Origin: Thermoplasmatota archaeon | Lineage (GTDB): Archaea > Thermoplasmatota > JAKEGO01 | Length of the DNA: 64,000 nucleotides | Assembly (NCBI GenBank): GCA_028279595.1 | Contig: JANQNK010000013.1 | Coordinates: 1-64,000 of the forward strand | Reading direction: 5' to 3' | In this document: positions 57,005 to 64,000 of the stretch, in pieces | How positions within the stretch are numbered: position 1 is the first letter of the stretch | Layout: each line of letters opens with the position of its first letter | The notes under the pieces: model-generated | What the model saw: only the letters and a program-made list of their open reading frames with translations | Told to the model about the DNA's origin: nothing | The model's database searches: none | Translations under genes and position numbers: made by a program

Positions 57005-57485
57005 CACGACCCACCCCGAGTTTCATGGGGATTGCCCTCAGTATATAAAACGATTGCCCAATGGTCATCTGATGGACGGTTTTCCGGTAATGGGAATGAC
57101 CGCTCCACCGCCGATGAATTATCTGTTTCTCAAGGAAGGTAGGATCAGTGAACGCCCGGAATTTTAATCAGAAAAAACCGACGGATCCGTCGACTCACTT
57201 TATTCCGCTTTTTTTCCAGAACCTGCTAGCCCGGAAACCGGAAAATCGTCCTGCCAAAATGAAATTTTTTTCCCGCAGGCCGCAGGAAAACAACAGGCAC
57301 TGGCTATCAGAAAAACAGTTGAGTTTCTCAGTTTTCATCCCGTGGATATATCCTGTGATGACCGAAATAAAAACCTCGAAAATCCGATGATTATCACCTT
57401 CGGTTTTTTGGTGTTTTCCCAGTTATCTTTAAATATCATCCAGACAATCTGCCGTAGGGTGGTCGGAATCGTCGACAAACGGCGG

Positions 57486-60400
57486 ATGGCGGTAGAACGG
57501 ATAACCTATTCGAGGGATCTCATACAGGGATTCCAGAAGAAGGGTGTTGTGTTACCGTCATCGCTCAAGCTCCTCAAGGAGGCTGACGAGGAGCTGTCGT
57601 CGCGGCATTTTGAGAAGGCTATCGAATTGGCGAAGAGTTCGCAGGATGACGCCAAGGCGATCTATCGGGACCACCTCCGTTCCGAGGACCTCAAGAAGAA
57701 GATCAAGAACATCCGGAAGAGCGCTCCGACCGATGTATCGGACACGATCGATGCCTCCATGGACGAGTACGGCAAGCACCTTAAGGCGGGCAAGTACAAG
57801 GAGTTCAACAGGGAGGCCGAGGACCTCATCCGTCAGCTCAAGTCCGGAGCGGACGCGGGCGTCAAGAAGCGCCCCGCGATCAAGAGGAAGAAGAGCGTGA
57901 CCCGCGAGGATGCGGCTTCCTACCTGCAGGCCATCGCGCTCGAGACCCTCGAAGCGCAGAAGTCCGGACTTCCGACATCGGACATCGAGGAGATGCTCCG
58001 GGATTCACGGGACCTGATCGAGGGCGGTTTCTTCCGAGAATCGATGAACACGGGCAAGGAGGCCATGGCCCGGATCGACGAGCTCCGCAAGCAGCACGAG
58101 GAGTACGTCCATCAGGTGGCCGCAGCGACCGAGGCGATACAGTCGCTCAAGGCCCAGGGACTGAAGACCGGAAGCCTCGAGAAGCTGCTTGCCAAGGCGA
58201 GGAAGGCCCTTGACGGAGTGAACTACCCCCAGATGACCGAGCACCTCAACCGGCTCTACGAGAAGATGGAGGACTCGAAGGACCATCACGGGGAGTCGCT
58301 CGAGATCATCGCATCCACCGAGACGCTCATCAAGGAGGCGGGACAGGCGGGCGCATCGCTCGGCTTCGCCACCTCCCTGCTGGAGGAGGCCAAACAGCTG
58401 GCCGACAAGGGCGACTACGCCCAGGCAAAGAAGATCGGCAAGGAGGCCCACGACGAGGCCGTCAAGTCGATACAGATATCACTGGAGAAGATCAAGCGTG
58501 AGGAGGCGGACGTAAATCAGATCAAGACCCTCATGGACGAGGCCCGCGAGGCGATCGCCGAGACCACGCAGTACGTACCCATCCCCGCCGCGGGCGAGAT
58601 GCTCGAGAAGGCGGAGGACCTTCTGAAGGACCACGACTCCATAGACGAGGCGAGAAGGCTCGCCACGGACGCGAAGGCGATGGCCCTGGAGACGAAGAAG
58701 CAGTACATCGAGACCACCGAGAAGGTCCAGGAGGCGAACAAGATCCTGTCGAGGCTTCGGGAGGCGGGTCTGCGACCCCAGTCGCAACAGGACATGCTCG
58801 TGCAGGCCCTGGGCGCCATAGACGAGAACAATTACCTCGAGGCACTCAGGCTCTCGAAGAAGGTCCTGAAGGACCTCAGCGCGATGGACAACGAGCGGAT
58901 GAACGCCGAGGAGTCCCTGAAGAAGGCCCGCGGAATGGTCAACGACGTCGTGGGTATCCTCGAGACCGAGGAGATCGACGAGATGAACTCGACCCTCGAC
59001 AGGGCCGACTCATCCGCTGCCAACGGTTCGTTCAAGGAGGCCTCCACCGCGGCCGGAAAGGTCATCGAGAAGCTCGAGGACATGGTCTCGACCAATCGGG
59101 ACGAGTTCATCAAGGCCAAGGAGAAGCTCTCCGAGGTGAAGATGGCGGTTCAGCTCCTCAAGAAGGAGGGCGTCGTAACCGACCAGCTCACCGAGATACT
59201 TGCCTCTGCCGAGGACGAGCTCCGCGGCAAGGAGTTCAAGAAGGCAATGGATGCCCTCGGGATACTAGACGAGCTCATCTCGGCCCTGAGGGACGCCTAT
59301 GACAGGTCCAAGACGATGCTCACGGCCGTGCAGATGGTCCTTGACGGGATGAAGGAACGCGGCCTCGATGTCACAAGGTTCGAGGAGACCTACAAGCAGG
59401 CCAAGGAACTCTTCGACAAGGGAGATTACGAGTCTGCCTTCGGGATCGCCGAAGGAATACAGAAGGAGAGCATGCCCGACCTCGCGAGCTATGAGACGAT
59501 CGAGGACGCAAGCGCCTACATCGCAGAGATCAGGCGCAACATGCACATGATCCGGGAGGGTCTTCCCGAGGTCGTCGACGTCGAGGAGAAGCTCGGGATC
59601 TCTGGGATCTTCAAGGAGTACTACAGGCGCCTGCTCTACAGTGTGATAGACGGCGCGCTGCGCGACGTCGAGAGGGCTGACGGACTCATCGCCGAGGGCA
59701 AGACCGGCGAGGCGAAGGACCTCGCTGAAAAGGCCATGAAGATGTCGGAGAACGTCGGCGCCCGCTACCGCGACGCGCTCGAGTTCCTCTATCAGGCGAA
59801 GACGATCATAAACGAGGTCGAGGGCCCGGAGCTCTCGAAGCTCGAATCCATATACAAGCAGGCGAAGGCCGCGATGGAACAGGCCGACTACGACAGGACC
59901 ATGCGCCTGTCCGAGGACGTCGTGAAGAGAGCCGAACCGCTCATCGAGAAGTTCGGGTCCTCCGTCAAGCCGCTTGACGGTTCCGATGTGGCCATCAAGC
60001 CGCTGGACGCGGACGGGGACATCCCCGTCGCAACACCGGTCCCGGAAGAGTCCCCTGACGAGGACGCGAGGGCAACGGTCGACTCGTCCTGGGCAATACT
60101 CAGGGAGTTCGAGAAGATCGGACTGGACATCAGGGAGGAGAAGGAGCTCATGCAGGCCGCCGAGGACGCTGTCCAGGCAGGTCAATACATCGAGGCCATG
60201 AACCTCTCTGAGCAGGCCAAGCTATCGGTCGTCCTGAAGGGCGAGACCCTGCTCAGCTCCGAGGCCGAGGCGGATCCCGAGGCCACGGTCGCCCGAGACA
60301 CGCTCGACAAGTGTCAGGTGCTGGTCGAACACATGGCCGAGAACGAGATCACCCACAAGTCGGTCGACCTGCTGATGTCACGTGGCGAGGAGGCCTTCGA

Positions 60401-61040
60401 CGAGGGCCGGTTCTCCGCCGCCATCACTTTCGCCGAGGAGGCCATCAACAAGGCCGACCGGGTCATCGAGGACTGGCAGAAGGCCGAGTTCCTCCTCAAG
60501 ATCGCGGACGAGGAGTCCTCGAAGTCCGACAAGGACGTATCAACCCTCATGCAGAGCGCGGTCACGGAGTTCGAGTCACGGAACTTCAGGTACGCCATGC
60601 GGCTGACCGAGCGGATATTCGACATGCTCGGCACACCGTCGGAAAGGTACGAGTTCTCGCCCACCCCCGTTCCCGGAACGGGATCGCCAAGGCCGGCTCC
60701 CGCCGAGGCCGAGACGGAGGTCGCTCCTGCGCCCGCGCCCGAACCGGAACCTGTGCCGGCACCGGAACCCGAACCGGTCGCCGAGGAGCCCGCAGAGGAC
60801 TTCGAGAAGGACTGGGACTCCTTCGAGAGCGAGGGCGGGACCGAGTGGATGGACGGAGAACCGGCCGAGGAGCCCGCACCGGAGCCGGAGCCAGTTCCGG
60901 AGCCCGAACCGGAACCGCTGCCAGTGGCCAAGACGGCACCCGTCGGAGAGGACGGCGTCAGCAAGGAGGAGTGGATGGAGGAACAGAAGGACGTCACCGA
61001 CACCCTCATGCGGCTCAAGCAGATGTACCTGAACAAGTGA
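57486..61040 (+). CDS. Large cytoplasmic alpha-helical repeat protein (~1180 aa) with a Pro/Glu linker
   Basis: More than 10 repeats of L..A...(L/F)..G.(Y/F)..A...A..A and an EPEPEP linker. The ATG at 57486 follows a TTTAAATA box. Confidence 0.75.
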   Translation: MAVERITYSRDLIQGFQKKGVVLPSSLKLLKEADEELSSRHFEKAIELAKSSQDDAKAIYRDHLRSEDLKKKIKNIRKSAPTDVSDTIDASMDEYGKHLKAGKYKEFNREAEDLIRQLKSGADAGVKKRPAIKRKKSVTREDAASYLQAIALETLEAQKSGLPTSDIEEMLRDSRDLIEGGFFRESMNTGKEAMARIDELRKQHEEYVHQVAAATEAIQSLKAQGLKTGSLEKLLAKARKALDGVNYPQMTEHLNRLYEKMEDSKDHHGESLEIIASTETLIKEAGQAGASLGFATSLLEEAKQLADKGDYAQAKKIGKEAHDEAVKSIQISLEKIKREEADVNQIKTLMDEAREAIAETTQYVPIPAAGEMLEKAEDLLKDHDSIDEARRLATDAKAMALETKKQYIETTEKVQEANKILSRLREAGLRPQSQQDMLVQALGAIDENNYLEALRLSKKVLKDLSAMDNERMNAEESLKKARGMVNDVVGILETEEIDEMNSTLDRADSSAANGSFKEASTAAGKVIEKLEDMVSTNRDEFIKAKEKLSEVKMAVQLLKKEGVVTDQLTEILASAEDELRGKEFKKAMDALGILDELISALRDAYDRSKTMLTAVQMVLDGMKERGLDVTRFEETYKQAKELFDKGDYESAFGIAEGIQKESMPDLASYETIEDASAYIAEIRRNMHMIREGLPEVVDVEEKLGISGIFKEYYRRLLYSVIDGALRDVERADGLIAEGKTGEAKDLAEKAMKMSENVGARYRDALEFLYQAKTIINEVEGPELSKLESIYKQAKAAMEQADYDRTMRLSEDVVKRAEPLIEKFGSSVKPLDGSDVAIKPLDADGDIPVATPVPEESPDEDARATVDSSWAILREFEKIGLDIREEKELMQAAEDAVQAGQYIEAMNLSEQAKLSVVLKGETLLSSEAEADPEATVARDTLDKCQVLVEHMAENEITHKSVDLLMSRGEEAFDEGRFSAAITFAEEAINKADRVIEDWQKAEFLLKIADEESSKSDKDVSTLMQSAVTEFESRNFRYAMRLTERIFDMLGTPSERYEFSPTPVPGTGSPRPAPAEAETEVAPAPAPEPEPVPAPEPEPVAEEPAEDFEKDWDSFESEGGTEWMDGEPAEEPAPEPEPVPEPEPEPLPVAKTAPVGEDGVSKEEWMEEQKDVTDTLMRLKQMYLNK

Positions 61041-61100
61041 GCCCGATCCCTACCTTAAAACGAATTCTTAGCGAGGTCCAGTGAGTTTTACGCGTCCGCC

Positions 61101-62963
61101 TCAGTCCTCGGAATGGTCGTTCTTGCTGTCGGGCGCACCGATACCGTCCCTGACCTTCACGACGATCCCCTTCCCGAACCGCGGAAGCTCCTCCCCGGTC
61201 AGAATGGTCCGTCCGACGGCCATAACCTCGTCGTTGCAATTGACGACGATGGTCTCCTCCATCACACCAAGTCCCGGGTCGGCGTCGATGACGAACTGGG
61301 CGAACACGTTCCTTCCGAGCCGATTGTTCTCCGCGGAATCGTCGTTTACTATGACCCGCATCGTCGGAGCCTCCGTACCGGCCTGGATACGCCGTGCACC
61401 CGCGACCTTCAGGCTGAAGAACCCGTCGTTCCGCATCGACAGCACGTGGTCGCCGTCGGCGTGAACGGTCCTGATCCTTCCCGTCTTGCTGGACGTGACT
61501 ATCGACAGCCTGCCTGCGAGGACGAGGTCCGCGATCACGGGTCCGAACTGATATGCGGCTACGGTCCTCACGCGCCTCTCGTCAGGGTCCTCGATGGGGT
61601 CCCCCCTCTCTATCGTCACCGACCTGTCCACGGCCTTCCGCCAGAGGGACATCTCTCCGGACGTGTGCACCAGGCCAGCCGGATAGATCTGGTCCAGCGA
61701 ATCCGGTATGAACCCGATCGGGTGATGGAAGATGACACGGTCCCTCTCCTGCTGGTTGTCGAAGGGACTCCCCTCCTTGAGCTGGACCACTGACCAGTCG
61801 CCCTTCAGGACGACCCTCTCCTTGAGCCGTTTCCGGTACCTGACGAAGGCGGGCCTCTGGACATCCACCAGGTTCGTGACGAACTCGCTGGTCCTCGATA
61901 GCGGTTCGAACCTCTCCATCTTGTCAGACCATTCGAGCAGATGCCTGTAGGCGGCGTAGAGGTCCGGATGGCACGACGTCCTCATGGCCACGAACTCCCA
62001 GAGACTGCCCTCCGCGATCGCCTGGTGGATGGCCTTGATCTCCTGGAACGACGTCCAGAGGTTGTGTCGCGCAAGGGCCTCCTGCCTCACATCGGGCTTC
62101 TGCTGCATAAGTTCCTTGGGGGTGTACCTGCTGCAGGTCTCGCACGAGCAGGGGAAGGCTGACAGTTCCTTGAGATGCCTTGTCCCCCACGGGAACATTA
62201 TCCTGTCGTCGATGGCGTACTTCGCATACGCCGATGAATCGAAGAGGTCCATTCCCATGAGTGTCGCGAGCCCGAACACCATGGGATGTCCGGCGCCGAA
62301 CAGATGTGTCGGCCTCTCCGGAGGGAGGTTGAGCACCGAGGACATCACGACGTCCACGAGCTCGACGTACCTGTAGTCCTCCATCAGCGGGACGACCCCG
62401 CCGATCGGATGGACCTGGAGGTCCATGTCGCGGTAGGCCCTAGCACACCTGGCCCTCTGGTCGGGGAAGATGGATCCCTGGACGGGCGCTGCGATGGCAC
62501 GCCCCTTGCGCCCCTTCGCCGCCTCGCCGGCCCTCTTGACGGTCTCGTCGACCATCGAAATGACTTCCTTCCTCTCCGTGTCGGGCTCGGTGAAGAGGTC
62601 GAGGATCGTCGAGATGTCCGAACCGATCTTCGCCTGGAACCTCATTATATCCTTGGGCTTCACATCGACATGGCCGTAGACGTGGGCCTGGAACGTCCCG
62701 GAATCTGTCATGATCGGGCCGTCGAAGTTGAGGACCGTGTGGAGCCCGTGCTTCTCGAACGCCTTCCTGTGACGCGCCGATCTGAGGATTATGTAAGCGT
62801 TGGTGATGAGGCCGTCGGCTCCCATCTTCTTGAAGTCCTCTGGCTTGATGATGAGCTTCAGCGGGTTGACCACGGGCAGCAGCGTCGGCGTGTTGAGCAC
62901 GCCGTGCTCGGTGTGGAATGTGCCAAGCCTGGCCAGGCCGTCCCGCTTCTTTATCTCGAACAT
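61101..62963 (-). CDS. tgtA: Archaeosine tRNA-guanine(15) transglycosylase with C-terminal PUA domain
   Basis: MFEIKKRDGLAR, TPTLLPVVNP, IMTDSGTFQ, HPIGGVVPLME, HLFGAGHP, FDSSAY and the PUA motif GRNVFAQFV..D. Confidence 0.95.
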   Translation of the reverse strand: MFEIKKRDGLARLGTFHTEHGVLNTPTLLPVVNPLKLIIKPEDFKKMGADGLITNAYIILRSARHRKAFEKHGLHTVLNFDGPIMTDSGTFQAHVYGHVDVKPKDIMRFQAKIGSDISTILDLFTEPDTERKEVISMVDETVKRAGEAAKGRKGRAIAAPVQGSIFPDQRARCARAYRDMDLQVHPIGGVVPLMEDYRYVELVDVVMSSVLNLPPERPTHLFGAGHPMVFGLATLMGMDLFDSSAYAKYAIDDRIMFPWGTRHLKELSAFPCSCETCSRYTPKELMQQKPDVRQEALARHNLWTSFQEIKAIHQAIAEGSLWEFVAMRTSCHPDLYAAYRHLLEWSDKMERFEPLSRTSEFVTNLVDVQRPAFVRYRKRLKERVVLKGDWSVVQLKEGSPFDNQQERDRVIFHHPIGFIPDSLDQIYPAGLVHTSGEMSLWRKAVDRSVTIERGDPIEDPDERRVRTVAAYQFGPVIADLVLAGRLSIVTSSKTGRIRTVHADGDHVLSMRNDGFFSLKVAGARRIQAGTEAPTMRVIVNDDSAENNRLGRNVFAQFVIDADPGLGVMEETIVVNCNDEVMAVGRTILTGEELPRFGKGIVVKVRDGIGAPDSKNDHSED

Positions 62964-63201
62964 CGGACGTGGATTGACCTGCCTGTATAAATAAGGGAAC
63001 GGCGGGGACCTGCCCGATACCCATCCCGGAGCCATCCTCCCCAAGCCGACCGAATGATATGCGAACGGTCCACGGACCCGCTCGATCCAGGGACGGTCAA
63101 AGGATCGACGCGTCTCGCTGGCGTCGATGTGATGGGTCGGGTTGTATTTTCACTCCGCTCCCCGGAAAGGTTAAAATGGACGGTCGGCCTATCACCGACC
63201 G

Positions 63202-64000
63202 ATGTCAGGCGTCACCGTTGCGAAGTACATAATCGAGGCGGCGCTCTTCTCGGCAGGCAAGTCCATAACGGTCGAGGAGCTGAGCGAAGCCACAGGACTG
63301 GACAGGCGGACCGTTCGCAAGGCCGCCAAGGAGCTCATCGATGAGTATTCCGGCAGGGACACCTCCCTGGTGGTGACGAAGACCGCCACCGGGTTCGCCC
63401 TCGAGGTCAGGGCGAAGTACGCCAGGTACACGATGAAGCTGGCCGAACAGGAGATCCCGAGGATGGCCCTGAAGACCCTCGCCATCATAGCGTTCCACCA
63501 GCCGATCAAGCAGAGCAAGCTCAAGATGATGATAGGCGGCCGAGCCTACGAGGACGTCAAGGTCCTCCGGGAGATGGGATTGATAACCGTCAAACCGGAC
63601 GGGCGGTCCTTCAGGCTCGAGACGTCAGGAAGATTCCCCGATTACTTCGGGATCGACCCCGATCCCGCCGAGATCAAGAAACACCTCGCCGACCTCGTCG
63701 GTGTCACCCTACAGGTCGTTCCCGAGGGGGACGATGAGGAGGATGAGGCCGCGGAGGCCGAGGAAGAGGCCGCAGAAGCCGAGGACGGAACGGCCGGGGC
63801 TGCTGACGAGAAGGCCGCCGAACAGGAGGTCCAGGACGGAGAACCAGCGGAACCGGTGGTCGACGGGCCTGTTGACGAGCCCGAGGCCATTGTAGAGGGA
63901 CCGGAAGACGAACCCGGGGATGAGCCAGACGATGAGGGGCCCGATGACCTACCCGATGAGGAACCGGCGGACGACCTTGACGACGAGGACGCCAAGTACG
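63202..64000 (+). CDS. scpB: SMC-Scp complex subunit ScpB with acidic tail, 3'-truncated by the window edge
   Basis: IIEAALFSAG, LKTLAIIAFHQPIKQSKL and F.DYFG. No stop codon before the window end. Confidence 0.9.
   Translation, partial: MSGVTVAKYIIEAALFSAGKSITVEELSEATGLDRRTVRKAAKELIDEYSGRDTSLVVTKTATGFALEVRAKYARYTMKLAEQEIPRMALKTLAIIAFHQPIKQSKLKMMIGGRAYEDVKVLREMGLITVKPDGRSFRLETSGRFPDYFGIDPDPAEIKKHLADLVGVTLQVVPEGDDEEDEAAEAEEEAAEAEDGTAGAADEKAAEQEVQDGEPAEPVVDGPVDEPEAIVEGPEDEPGDEPDDEGPDDLPDEEPADDLDDEDAKY

Noticed and set aside
57172-57409. MITE bounded by 10-bp inverted repeats
   Set aside because: No target-site duplication, no second copy and no transposase in the window. The inverted repeat is mostly a homopolymer.
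57342-61040. SMC/Rad50 ATPase call and the extended GTG start at 57342
   Set aside because: No Walker A/B, signature or hinge motif. The extension runs through AT-rich promoter sequence.

Overview
GC-rich (~60%) archaeal chromosomal segment, most consistent with an uncultured Thermoplasmatota lineage (inference from archaeal SRP RNA, archaeosine tgtA with PUA domain, KEOPS Pcc1, ScpB, TATA-box promoters and surface proteins rich in N-x-S/T sequons). The first ~28 kb is a cell-surface island. It holds a 5'-truncated giant RTX-like Ca-binding protein with unusual poly-Asp/poly-Trp/Cys-His inserts, and five parallel beta-helix (NosD-like) ectodomain proteins that share an N-terminal motif but end in different C-terminal modules (double winged-helix regulator, sortase-like signal, acidic tail, helical repeats). 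The rest is metabolic and housekeeping: an OFA-type MFS transporter with an inserted ectodomain, a four-gene Se/S-trafficking operon (YedE-TusA-cysteine desulfurase-DUF3343, the last apparently starting at CTG), two Asp-box paralogs, peptide and pyroglutamate catabolism (pepT, 5-oxoprolinase, M18 aminopeptidase), an anchor-less sdhAB operon, SRP RNA with an extra UUCG hairpin in its Alu domain, a tightly coupled five-gene NuoEFG/HydABC-like + NfnAB flavoenzyme operon, a giant helical-repeat protein, tgtA and a 3'-truncated scpB. No CRISPR array, rRNA, tRNA, transposase or integrase was recognised. All family calls come from motif recognition by eye, not database searches.
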